Source: Candidatus Krumholzibacteriota bacterium
GTDB lineage: Bacteria > Krumholzibacteriota > Krumholzibacteriia > JAJRXK01
NCBI GenBank assembly: GCA_963727455.1
Contig: CAVSGG010000006.1
Coordinates: forward strand, 96,001-160,000
Direction of reading: 5' to 3'
Length of the DNA: 64,000 nt
How positions within the stretch are numbered: the stretch's first letter is position 1; each line of letters begins with the position of its first letter. The translations under genes and the position numbers were made by a program. The notes beneath the pieces are model-generated. The model was not told the DNA's origin, searched no databases, and saw nothing but the letters and a program-made list of their open reading frames with translations. Shown one piece after another: positions 18,327 through 27,634 of the stretch.

Positions 18327-19391
18327 TCAGGCCAGAAAGCGGCGCGGGTCCAGAATGGCCGCCATGCCCCCGGGAAGTCCCCTGTCCTGGACCCATTGTA
18401 CGAGAAGGTGGGCCGCTGTGGGAGCAAGATCGAAATCACGCGCCCCGAAGCCGGCAGCGACGAGCAGCCGTTGCCGTTGGGGTGCTGGCCCCACCAGAGG
18501 TCTCTTGTCCTTGCCCTGCTTGGTCTCCCAGAGCCCCGAACTCCACACGGTTGCACGATCCAGCGCGGGTAGGAGCGGGTCATGCGAGGGGACATCCGCC
18601 GGGGGTAATCCGTTCCGACGGATCCAGCCGCCGGCCAGGGGCCGCCAACTCACACCGAGCCGCTCGTGCCACAGGATAGTGATGGAAGCGCCGAAATCGG
18701 CCTCGGGTTGCAGGAGCTGAAAGGGACGCAGCAGCGGATTCAGCGTGCGCTCTGCAAGTTCGGGTGCTAGAAGCTGCAGCGCGGAGTCACTGGCCAGCAC
18801 CGTCCACTCGGCCTCGATCTCGCCATGACTGGTGGTGACTCCGGTCACGCGATCCCCCTGCAGCACCAACCCTAGCGGGGTCTCTCCCTGGATGACCCGA
18901 ACGCCTCGGCGGGCAGCCAGCCTCGCCAGTACATCGATTGTCCGCCGTGGATCGACCAGAGCGGCTCCGGGCAACCACAGTCCGGCCCCCTTGGCGGGAA
19001 ATGTGCCGCGTGGTTCGTGTTGTGCCAGATGGTCCTCGTCGACTTCCTCCGCCGCCAGACCGCGCGGCCTGAGCCGCAATCCCCGTCCCAGTATCCGCGG
19101 CGCGAGCGCTTCATCCGCGACCACCAGCATGCCGCAGCGCGCGAGCCCGAGATCCTCTTCGGCTTCTTCGGCCCAATTCTGGTAGGCTTGCGGCGCGGGG
19201 GCGGAGAGGTCCGCCAGGGAAGCCAGCTCGTGGTAGCCGTGCAAGAGAGCCGGTGATCGGGCGGAACTGTCGTCGCCGAAGAAGCTGGGAGCGAGCAGCC
19301 AGACCTCGTTGTGGCCCGTCTCCTGCATGGAAAGGGCCGCGGCGCAGGCGCTGATGCCTCCGCCCAAGATGAGGATTTCACAGTTTCGCAT
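18327..19391 (-). CDS. FAD-dependent oxidoreductase (DAO/sarcosine oxidase beta-like)
   Basis: ILILGGGISA Rossmann motif, SSARSPA, VDP, VTGVTTSHGEI, DKRPLVG, VAAGF; several motifs divergent. Confidence 0.8.
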   Translation of the reverse strand: MRNCEILILGGGISACAAALSMQETGHNEVWLLAPSFFGDDSSARSPALLHGYHELASLADLSAPAPQAYQNWAEEAEEDLGLARCGMLVVADEALAPRILGRGLRLRPRGLAAEEVDEDHLAQHEPRGTFPAKGAGLWLPGAALVDPRRTIDVLARLAARRGVRVIQGETPLGLVLQGDRVTGVTTSHGEIEAEWTVLASDSALQLLAPELAERTLNPLLRPFQLLQPEADFGASITILWHERLGVSWRPLAGGWIRRNGLPPADVPSHDPLLPALDRATVWSSGLWETKQGKDKRPLVGPAPQRQRLLVAAGFGARDFDLAPTAAHLLVQWVQDRGLPGGMAAILDPRRFLA

Positions 19392-19535
19392 GGGATCCTC
19401 TTTTGAAATCGAAGCCTAGCCGGGCTCGGCGGGCCGTGCAACGATCTGAATGAGCGCGGTCCAAAGCGTGAAGAGAATGCCTCGATTCCCACACGGCCCC
19501 TGTGGGATGGTCCCAGGTCTCCAAGGCGGTCGACA

Positions 19536-21173
19536 TTGCGAACTCCACTGAATACTGGTCTGAGCCTCGATTCTCTTCTTGATCGCTACGAAGAGCGCAC
19601 GCATCTCTTCCGGCCCGACGAGGCCAGAGAGCTGGGCCTCCACCAGTACGACGGCCATTTGGCGCAGATCGGCCGCGACGCGCGGCGAAGCCGTCTTCTC
19701 TTCCTTCAGGAGTTGTTGGATGGATTGGGACCCAACCCGGTGGGTCTCGACGCCCGGCTCTTCCACCATGCCTTGAGGAGCGAGATCTGGCGGCTGACCG
19801 TACAGCGCAAGGACGAGACCGATCCGATGCACGCGGCCGACCTCGTGGATCCCTCATGCTATCTGCGCTGGGACTATGCTCCTTGGAAAGATCGCGCGCG
19901 CGCGTTGCAAAATCATCTCAAACAGATCCCCGACTTTCTTCCTGTGGTGCGTGAAGGACTCGAAGAGGAACTCTCCGGTCCGGCGGTCAACACCGCTCTC
20001 TCCGTATTCAAGGGTCTCGAAAGCTTTGTGCGCACCGGACTTCTGCAGGCAGCTCGCAAGGCAGGCCCGCTTCCTCGCGGTTTTGAATCCAGCGTTCAGG
20101 CGGCGGCGAACGCAATCAAGAGTCATCTTTCGTTCTTGGAACGAGAGGCGCTTCCGCGTACCCACCAAAATTTCGCCATGGGCAGCGCGGGCCTGGAGGG
20201 AATGCTGCGCGAGCAAGAGGGGCTGGATCTCGAATTGGACGAAGTCGTGCGAGCGGGTGAGGAAGAACTAGATCGTAATCGTCTGGAGCTGGAAGAACTC
20301 TGCCAAGAGTACCGCCCGCGGGCGAAGCCCAAAGAGGTTCTCGAGTCCATCGCCAAGGGAGTCTCCTGGCCCATGGATCTTCCACAGCGGGGATCTGAGA
20401 TCCTGAATGAGCTATACGAGTTCGTGCGCGGGCGCGAGCTGGTGAGCATCCCCAACGACAGCCGACCGGGGATCGACGTAACTCCTCCCTGGATGCGCTG
20501 GGCCATCGCATCCCTGGAGGATCCGGGTCCCTTTGCCCCGGCGCAGCTGCGCGCCTGGTACTACGTGACTCCTCCTGAGGAGTCTTGGCCGGCCGCGCGC
20601 AAGGAACGCTGGCTCTCGATGTTCAACGATTCGCGCCTGCGCGTGATCACCGGGCATGAGGTCATGCCGGGGCATTTTCTCCATGCACTGCACGTGCGTC
20701 GCGCTCCCAGCCGGGCCACTCGGCTTTTCGCGGTCTGCTATCACTTCTGGGAGGGGTGGGCACACTACGGTGAGCAGTTGTTGGCCGAGGAATCGTTCCG
20801 CAAGGGCGATCTCGAGTTCGCAATCATCCAGCGGCATGCGGCTCTGGAGAGAAGTGGCCGATTGATGTGCAGCGTAGGCCTGCACACCCGCTCCTGGGAC
20901 CTCGCCGAAGCCAAGCGCTTCTTGACCGGCCACTGCTATGTGAACGAGGTTTTGGCGCAGTGCGAAGCCGAGCGAGGGTGCTTCGATCCACAGTACCTGG
21001 GTTACACCCTGGGGAAACTACTCCTGCTCAAGTTGCGCAAGGACGTCCACCAGATCGAGAAGGGCCACTTCTCCTTGAAGTCCTTTCACGACCGGGTGCT
21101 TTCGGCCGGGGCTCCGCCGCTTTCACTCCTGCGCGAGGAAGTTTTCGGACTGCGCGACCGCAAGCTCCTCTGA
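19536..21173 (+). CDS. DUF885 family protein (predicted metallopeptidase)
   Basis: LGLHQYDG, HEVMPGHFLH, FWEGWAHYGE, YLGYTLGKL, FHDRVLSAGAPP. Confidence 0.9.
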   Translation: MRTPLNTGLSLDSLLDRYEERTHLFRPDEARELGLHQYDGHLAQIGRDARRSRLLFLQELLDGLGPNPVGLDARLFHHALRSEIWRLTVQRKDETDPMHAADLVDPSCYLRWDYAPWKDRARALQNHLKQIPDFLPVVREGLEEELSGPAVNTALSVFKGLESFVRTGLLQAARKAGPLPRGFESSVQAAANAIKSHLSFLEREALPRTHQNFAMGSAGLEGMLREQEGLDLELDEVVRAGEEELDRNRLELEELCQEYRPRAKPKEVLESIAKGVSWPMDLPQRGSEILNELYEFVRGRELVSIPNDSRPGIDVTPPWMRWAIASLEDPGPFAPAQLRAWYYVTPPEESWPAARKERWLSMFNDSRLRVITGHEVMPGHFLHALHVRRAPSRATRLFAVCYHFWEGWAHYGEQLLAEESFRKGDLEFAIIQRHAALERSGRLMCSVGLHTRSWDLAEAKRFLTGHCYVNEVLAQCEAERGCFDPQYLGYTLGKLLLLKLRKDVHQIEKGHFSLKSFHDRVLSAGAPPLSLLREEVFGLRDRKLL

Positions 21174-21201
21174 GCGCATCCACTCGCCGGTGTGATTTTC
21201 T

Positions 21202-22521
21202 TCACTCAGACTTCTTTGTCTCGAGCTTCTCGTAAGGTGAATCCTCGGGCTCGTCCCTATCGTAGCTCTCGCGATAGCGCGGCCTGTGCGCTGCGGCAAA
21301 GGTCTCCGTGAAGGCAGCCGTGAGCGGGGTCCCGTCGAGATCGTCACCGATCGGTGTATTCTCCATCGCCAAGAGCGTGGGAGCGAGGTCGTACACTTTG
21401 GTGAAGCTCAGTGTCTTTCCCTTTGCGATCCCGTGCCCGTAGAGGATCAACACTCCATGGGGCTCGGGTTGGGAAACGGGCACCATTTTTCCCTCCGCAT
21501 TCTCTATCTCCTCGATTCCGAAGCCGCGCTCGCTCATCACGATCAGAGTAGCGTTCTCGTCGAGAGCGTCGAGGACCTTGCCCAGCTGCTCGTCTACCCA
21601 GGCGTAGGTCTCGTTCACCGTATCGCGGAAGCGCCGGGTGTTGGGGTTCTTGGCGATGATTCCCTCCGGATGGATGAAATACCAGTACACCGGAGAGACC
21701 ACAGCTGGGAGCTCCAAGAAGCAGGCCGTGATCTCGGGCTCGTAGTGCTTTTTCAGATAGAGCGCCATGTCCAGATAACTGAGATCGGTCTGATGGGTGA
21801 GGGCGAAGTCGCGCATGGGATTTTCCAAACTCCGAATCGACCCCAGAGCTTGGTCGTAGGCCATGGAGAACTCCTTCTCGTTCAGAACGAAGAATCGCGT
21901 AAGCTCTTCCCTGGTGATGGAGTCGGCGGGGCGATAGAGCCCCTTCACTTCCTCAGCCAGCGCATTGGGGTAAGTCTGCCGCTGCCCCGCTTTCGGGTGG
22001 AAGGTCACCTCACTCGTCTCCGACCAGCGATTGGGAAATGCCATGTTGCTGATGACGTAGCCTTCGACGGCTTCGGCCGGAAAGCTGATGGGCAGGCCCA
22101 CCACCGCGACACTATGCTCGTTGCGCGAGAACATTTGCCAGATATCGGTGGTCTTGCGGGAATCCGTGCGAGAGGGGCAGACGAGTCCGCCGGACGAGGT
22201 CTCGAAACTCCCGTAGATATGGTGCTTCGCATCCTCTTTCCCGGTCTGGATGCTGGCCCAGAGAGCACCGACGGCCAGTGGATCCTCTCCCTGGGGGTCG
22301 GCCCGCGTTCCTCCCTCCACGATCTTGCGGAAATTGGGGAGCTTCCCCTGATCCATGAGCGCATCCAGACGGCTCCACTCCAAGGAGGAGACGCCGAGGA
22401 GGAAGATCTCCGAGGGATCGCTGGCCGGATCGTTTCCTCGGCTGCACGACACGAGAAAACCCGCGCACAAGCTCAGGCAGAGGCCAAAAACGAAGAGTCG
22501 AAGGGGCTTTTTCGTGAACAT
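21202..22521 (-). CDS. Alkaline-phosphatase-superfamily (type I phosphodiesterase-like) lipoprotein, apparently catalytically degenerate
   Basis: Lipobox LVS-C; scaffold motifs GKLPNF, WASIQTGK, TYP, Y-WVDEQLGKVL, DLAPTLL, DLDG present but metal ligands substituted (see findings). Confidence 0.8.
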   Translation of the reverse strand: MFTKKPLRLFVFGLCLSLCAGFLVSCSRGNDPASDPSEIFLLGVSSLEWSRLDALMDQGKLPNFRKIVEGGTRADPQGEDPLAVGALWASIQTGKEDAKHHIYGSFETSSGGLVCPSRTDSRKTTDIWQMFSRNEHSVAVVGLPISFPAEAVEGYVISNMAFPNRWSETSEVTFHPKAGQRQTYPNALAEEVKGLYRPADSITREELTRFFVLNEKEFSMAYDQALGSIRSLENPMRDFALTHQTDLSYLDMALYLKKHYEPEITACFLELPAVVSPVYWYFIHPEGIIAKNPNTRRFRDTVNETYAWVDEQLGKVLDALDENATLIVMSERGFGIEEIENAEGKMVPVSQPEPHGVLILYGHGIAKGKTLSFTKVYDLAPTLLAMENTPIGDDLDGTPLTAAFTETFAAAHRPRYRESYDRDEPEDSPYEKLETKKSE

Positions 22522-22651
22522 GATCTCCCATTCACCATCTTCGAAGTAAAATTGGTTGCCACCCAGGCCTTGGCGAGAAGGGCCCAAGCGCTTTCCTTAT
22601 CATCTGCGGCCCCGTCCGGGTCGCAGTCTCTTTATTCTAAAGGAGAGAGAA

Positions 22652-23644
22652 TTGGTCGGCGACTTGGAAAAACTGGAAAAGCTGGGCGCTCTTCGAGAAG
22701 CTCTGTGTGCCGAGATCGGCAAACGAATCGTGGGACAGCACGCCGTCATCGACGAGCTGCTCATCACGCTCTTCGCGGGCGGCCACGTCCTGCTCGAGGG
22801 AGTTCCTGGTCTGGCGAAGACTCTGCTCATCAGCACCGTCGCTCACGCCATGGACCTCGAGTTCCGGCGCATTCAATTCACTCCCGACCTCATGCCCAGC
22901 GATATCACGGGCTCGGAGATCCTGGAAGAGGACCAGTCGACCGGTCAGCGGGTCTTCCGCTTTGTGAAGGGGCCAGTGTTCGCCAACATCGTGCTCGCGG
23001 ACGAGATCAACCGTACTCCCCCCAAGACTCAATCGGCACTCCTGCAGGCGATGCAGGAGCGTCAGGTGACTGCGGCCGGGCAGACCCACGATTTGGGCCG
23101 GCCCTTTTTCGTGCTCGCCACCCAGAATCCCATCGAACAAGAGGGCACCTATCCGCTACCGGAAGCTCAGCTCGATCGTTTCATGCTGAACATCAAGATC
23201 GACTATCCCGATCTGAATGAGGAAATGCAGGTGGTCACACGCACCACCGGACCCATGGAGGAGGAGCTGCACACGGTTGTGCGCTCGGAGGAGATCCAGG
23301 AGTACCAGACTTTGGTGCGCAGCGTGCCGGTGGCCGAGAACGTGGTGGAGTTCGCGGTGCGTCTGGTTCGCCTCAGCCGTCCGGGAACGCATCAGGCGCA
23401 TCAGAAAGCCGAGGAATTTCTCGCCTGGGGAGCGGGTCCGCGAGCCGCGCAGTTCTTGGTGCTCGGCGCCAAGGCGCGGGCGGCGCTGCAGGGGCGACCC
23501 ACCCCGAGCCTGGACGACGTGCGTGCGGTCGCCCTGCCCGTTCTTCGTCACCGCCTGGTCACGAACTTCCGCGCCGAGGCGGAGGGACTGAGCAGGGACG
23601 ATCTCATCGTGACTTTTCTGAATTCCGTTCCCGGCGATCTCTAG
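22652..23644 (+). CDS. MoxR-family AAA+ ATPase
   Basis: IVGQ, LLEGVPGLAKT, RIQFTPDLMPSDITG, LADEINR, ATQNPIEQEGTYPLPEAQLDRF; start placed at TTG after AGGAG. Confidence 0.95.
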   Translation: MVGDLEKLEKLGALREALCAEIGKRIVGQHAVIDELLITLFAGGHVLLEGVPGLAKTLLISTVAHAMDLEFRRIQFTPDLMPSDITGSEILEEDQSTGQRVFRFVKGPVFANIVLADEINRTPPKTQSALLQAMQERQVTAAGQTHDLGRPFFVLATQNPIEQEGTYPLPEAQLDRFMLNIKIDYPDLNEEMQVVTRTTGPMEEELHTVVRSEEIQEYQTLVRSVPVAENVVEFAVRLVRLSRPGTHQAHQKAEEFLAWGAGPRAAQFLVLGAKARAALQGRPTPSLDDVRAVALPVLRHRLVTNFRAEAEGLSRDDLIVTFLNSVPGDL

Positions 23645-23653
23645 GAGAGAGCC

Positions 23654-24559
23654 TTGGCCACTCCGCGTGACATGCTGCTGGACCCCGAACTTCTGGGTCG
23701 TCTGAAAAGCCTGGATCTCATCGCCCGCAGTTTGGTCGAGGGGTTCCTGGTAGGTCTGCACCGCAGTCCCTACCACGGTTTTTCCGTGGAGTTCGCGGAA
23801 TACCGGCAGTACATCCCCGGCGAGAGCACTCAGAACATCGACTGGAGGGTCTTCGCCAAGACCGATCGTCACTACGTGAAGGTCTTTCAGGAGGAGACCA
23901 ATCTAATGGCAAGAGTGCTCCTGGACGTCTCCGCTTCGATGGACACTCCGCCGGCCGAGGGGCTGCCATCCAAGTTGCTCTACGCCAAGTTGCTCGCGGC
24001 CGCGCTGTCCTATCTGCTCTTGAAGCAGAACGATGCGGTGGGGCTCGTGACCTTCGACACGAAAGCGCTGGAGATGATTCCTCCGCGCAGCTCACGCAAG
24101 CAGCTGATGCATCTGATGGCTCGCTTGCAGAACGCAAGCGTGGGCCGACGCACCCACGTGGGCCAGGTGCTGAGCGAGATGGCGGACCGCATGTGGCGGC
24201 GAGGGCTCGTCATCGTCATCAGCGATCTCATCGACGATCCCGAGACCGTACTGCGTGGTCTGAAGCATTTTCGCCACCGTCAGCACGAAGTCCTCGTCTT
24301 TCACGTCCTCGATCCCCGCGAGCTGGACCTGGACTTCGCCCGGCAAGCGCGCTTCGTCGATCCCGAAGGCGACTTCGATCCCATCAGCGCACAGCCGTGG
24401 CACTTGAAGGAGAGCTATGCCGCGGAGGTGAGCGCCTGGCGCAAGCACCTGGGTCGAGAGTGCGGGATGCACCAGATCGACTATGTACCGCTCACGACGG
24501 AGACTCCATTCGACGTTGCGCTCATGGCATATCTGGCCAAGCGTGCGCGCCTGGGCTAG
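23654..24559 (+). CDS. DUF58 family protein (vWA-like MoxR partner)
   Basis: GLHRSPYHGFSVEFAEYRQY, IDWRVFAKTDR, LDVSASM, VISDL. Confidence 0.93.
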   Translation: MATPRDMLLDPELLGRLKSLDLIARSLVEGFLVGLHRSPYHGFSVEFAEYRQYIPGESTQNIDWRVFAKTDRHYVKVFQEETNLMARVLLDVSASMDTPPAEGLPSKLLYAKLLAAALSYLLLKQNDAVGLVTFDTKALEMIPPRSSRKQLMHLMARLQNASVGRRTHVGQVLSEMADRMWRRGLVIVISDLIDDPETVLRGLKHFRHRQHEVLVFHVLDPRELDLDFARQARFVDPEGDFDPISAQPWHLKESYAAEVSAWRKHLGRECGMHQIDYVPLTTETPFDVALMAYLAKRARLG

Positions 24560-24568
24560 GAGCTGGCG

Positions 24569-26692
24569 TTGAATTTTCTCCATCCCGCATTTCTCTTCGG
24601 ACTCCTCGCGGCGGGCATTCCGATTCTGCTGCACTTTCTGCGTCGCAGGGAAGTTCAGGAAATTCGCTTCGCTCCCATGCGCTTTCTCAAGCCCTCGCAG
24701 GAGCAGCAGAGCCATCGCCTGAGGCTGCGGCGCCTGCTCCTTCTGGCCCTACGCGTGGCGGCGCTGATCTGCGTGGTCTTGGCCCTGGCGCAGCCGACGG
24801 TCACCGGCGGTCTGTCCTGGCTCGCTCCGGCTGGCAGGGGAGTGAGTGTTTTGGTGATGGTGGACGACAGCGCATCGATGCGCGCGCAGGCCTCCGGCGG
24901 ATCGCTCTTCGACCTCGCGCGAGAAGAGGCAGGCGAGATCGCGACTGGGCTTTCCGCCAGCGACGAGTTCGCCCTCGCCGTGTTCGACAACAGTCTCCAT
25001 CCCTTGCTCGAAGACTTCGTGCGCGATCCGAATCTGGCGCTGGCCCAGCTGAGGTCGCGGGAGTGCGGCTTCTCCGCCACTTCCTACGCCGCCTCCCTCG
25101 ACAAGGCTCTCGATTTCCTGGAGCGGGCCGCTCATCCGCACCGGGAAATCTATTTGGTGAGTGACTTTCAGCGCGCGCCCGCAGATTCCGTGGCGCGTGG
25201 GACTCTGGCGAAACGCCTGGCCCAGCATCCCGACACCCACGTCTTTTTGCGCCAGGCGGCGGCAGAGCCGTTCGTGAACCGGCAGGTGGAGCAGGTGCGA
25301 CGCCCCGCGTCGCTCTTGCACCCAGGGGAAACGGCCGAGATTTCGGTGAGTGTGCGGCAAGATGGAAAGAAGCCGCTGCCGGTCCAGGTATTCCTGACGG
25401 TGCAGGGGGAAGCGATGGGAGAGACCGAGATCCAGCTGAACGAGGGGGAGAGCGGGAGTCACTCGTTTCCGGTAACTCTGCCCGAGGCCGGAGACTTGTC
25501 CGGCTCGGTACGCTTGCGGCCAGATCGTTTTCCCCCCGATGACCAGCGCTTCTTCGTGGTGGAGGTCACCGACCGCGTCCCGGTCCTGGTCCTGCGCGGC
25601 TTCCCCCAGACCGAAGCGCGTCGCGACCCGCTACTCTTTTTAGCTGCGGCCTTGGATCCTGATGCGAGCGCCGCGGGAGACTTTGCGCTCACGAGCGTGG
25701 ACTGCTCCCGTCTCGACGTGGAAACGCTCTCTTCCTACCGAGTCGTTCTCGCCGCGGATCCGGAGGGTTTCGGGGCGGCGCGCTTGGCCGCACTCACCGA
25801 CTACTTGCGCAGTGGCGGCACCATGCTCCTCTTCTGCGGCGACCCTCGCGAACGGGAGTACGCCAACGAGAAGTTGCTGCCAACCTGGACGACCGCACGC
25901 CTGAGCTCCTTCCGCGGGGGCGAGGAGAGCATCGAGCATCTGGAAGTGGTGGCTCGCAATCACCCCATATTCCAGGGCTTCTCACGCGAGGAGATCGAAA
26001 CGCTGGAGGAGGCCAAACTGCGCGATTTCTACCGGATCGAAGGACAGGATGGGCAGCCGTTGGTCGAATATCGCGGGGGAGGGGTAGCGGTCAGCGAACT
26101 CCCGGTGGGCGAGGGGAGGCTTCTGCTCTGTGGTTTCCATCCCTCCGCCACTTCGGGTGATCTGCCTTTCTCGCCCATGTTCCTTCCCTTCGCTCAACGG
26201 GCAAGCGCCTATCTGGCCACGACCGCCGGCGGAGCTTTGCACCGAGAGGTCGAAGTGGGTCATGAGCTTTCGTGCGAAGCGCCCGGCGGCCTGAAGGCCG
26301 AGTCGCGGGTGGAGCTCCGTACTCCGAACGCGCAGCTGTTGCCAGTGGAGATCGATGCCACCGCTGCTCCGCCCCGGCTGCGCCTGGGGATGATCGCCCA
26401 ACCGGGTCTCTACGAAGTCCAGATCGACGGCTCGGCGTGGGCGCAGTTCGCGGCCAACGTTCCTTCCTCGGAATCCGAGCGCAGATTCACGGCCCCCGAG
26501 GACTTCTCCCGTGCCGTCTTCGGTCCCTCGGCTCGCGGCGTCCGCGCCCTGAAAGGCGAAGATGTGGCGCAAGATCTCCAACGCGCGCGCACTGGCCGGC
26601 CCATCCACCGTCTATTTCTGCTTTTGGCGGGGCTCCTTCTGCTCGCCGAAAGTCTTTTGGGGAGGCGCGTTTCGCTCGGGAGCGAAGGCTGA
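24569..26692 (+). CDS. BatA N-terminal + vWA domain membrane protein
   Basis: MNFLHPAFLFGLLAAGIPILLHFL, LALAQP, MIDAS DDSASM, YLVSDFQ, GATase-like middle domain, C-terminal TM LLLAESLL. Confidence 0.88.
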   Translation: MNFLHPAFLFGLLAAGIPILLHFLRRREVQEIRFAPMRFLKPSQEQQSHRLRLRRLLLLALRVAALICVVLALAQPTVTGGLSWLAPAGRGVSVLVMVDDSASMRAQASGGSLFDLAREEAGEIATGLSASDEFALAVFDNSLHPLLEDFVRDPNLALAQLRSRECGFSATSYAASLDKALDFLERAAHPHREIYLVSDFQRAPADSVARGTLAKRLAQHPDTHVFLRQAAAEPFVNRQVEQVRRPASLLHPGETAEISVSVRQDGKKPLPVQVFLTVQGEAMGETEIQLNEGESGSHSFPVTLPEAGDLSGSVRLRPDRFPPDDQRFFVVEVTDRVPVLVLRGFPQTEARRDPLLFLAAALDPDASAAGDFALTSVDCSRLDVETLSSYRVVLAADPEGFGAARLAALTDYLRSGGTMLLFCGDPREREYANEKLLPTWTTARLSSFRGGEESIEHLEVVARNHPIFQGFSREEIETLEEAKLRDFYRIEGQDGQPLVEYRGGGVAVSELPVGEGRLLLCGFHPSATSGDLPFSPMFLPFAQRASAYLATTAGGALHREVEVGHELSCEAPGGLKAESRVELRTPNAQLLPVEIDATAAPPRLRLGMIAQPGLYEVQIDGSAWAQFAANVPSSESERRFTAPEDFSRAVFGPSARGVRALKGEDVAQDLQRARTGRPIHRLFLLLAGLLLLAESLLGRRVSLGSEG

Positions 26693-26932
26693 GGGAACGC
26701 GCGAAATTCGGGATTCCTCACGCCATCCTTGCAATTCGGGCCCCAAGCGCGCTATTCTCAGCTGGGCTCCAAAAACGCTCGATTCGTGTCCCCAAAGTCC
26801 TCGGGCTTGAGTACAACATACTGTGAATGCTCGTACTTCCTGGACTTATGAGCCGTCTCGACTCAACTACGCTCTGGTGAACGCGAAGTCCTAGGTCGCG
26901 GAACACCAGCAGGTCAATCTAGGGAGGCACAC

Positions 26933-27622
26933 ATGCGATTTTTGCGCACGATGCTCGTTGCCGTGTTCGTGCTGGGGGCTCTGGTCCCCGCAACGATTGC
27001 ACAAGGCATCGAGATCTCTGATTACATTGGTTACGCTTGGGAGACCGGCGGATTTCCGCCGAGCGATCCGGGAGACGTTCTGCAGTTCGTCGGGGTGGCC
27101 GATTTCATGGACCCCATCGCGGGCGTCGATCTGTCCACTGAAGAAGTCACCTATTACGTCTACGGGCTCACCAGTTTGGGCGCGTCCGCGGACGATCCGT
27201 ATACGGGCTATACCACCTATTACTACAGCGGCGGCATCCTCGAGATGTATCGAGACGCTGCGAAGAACGCGGACTACGGGATCAATCCTCCCAACGGAAC
27301 CGTGCCCTCGACCTTCACCGATGGCACCCTGTTGCTGAAGGGTGCCTTCACCAGTTTCGCCATCACCTTCAATCAATTTGGTGCTGCGAGCTACGGTGGT
27401 CAGGCCGACGGTCTGGCCGGAACACTCATCACCAGCTGCAGCGGTTGCATCTACTCCTGGGGCGGCGCCTACACCGCCGATGTGGGAGCGCAGTTTCCCG
27501 ATGGCGATAGTGGATACGACATGCAGCTCGACGGGATTCTCCAAATCGACTCCGCCGTGCCCACAACGGACGCGAGCTGGGGTACCATCAAGTCTCAATA
27601 CGGCAACGGCAGCCAACGCTAA
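26933..27622 (+). CDS. Secreted acidic beta-rich protein with C-terminal SWGTIKSQY motif
   Basis: GGGAGG SD; signal peptide; NADYG...TFTDGTLLLKG core shared with the next gene. Confidence 0.85.
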   Translation: MRFLRTMLVAVFVLGALVPATIAQGIEISDYIGYAWETGGFPPSDPGDVLQFVGVADFMDPIAGVDLSTEEVTYYVYGLTSLGASADDPYTGYTTYYYSGGILEMYRDAAKNADYGINPPNGTVPSTFTDGTLLLKGAFTSFAITFNQFGAASYGGQADGLAGTLITSCSGCIYSWGGAYTADVGAQFPDGDSGYDMQLDGILQIDSAVPTTDASWGTIKSQYGNGSQR

Positions 27623-27634
27623 GGAGGACAACTG

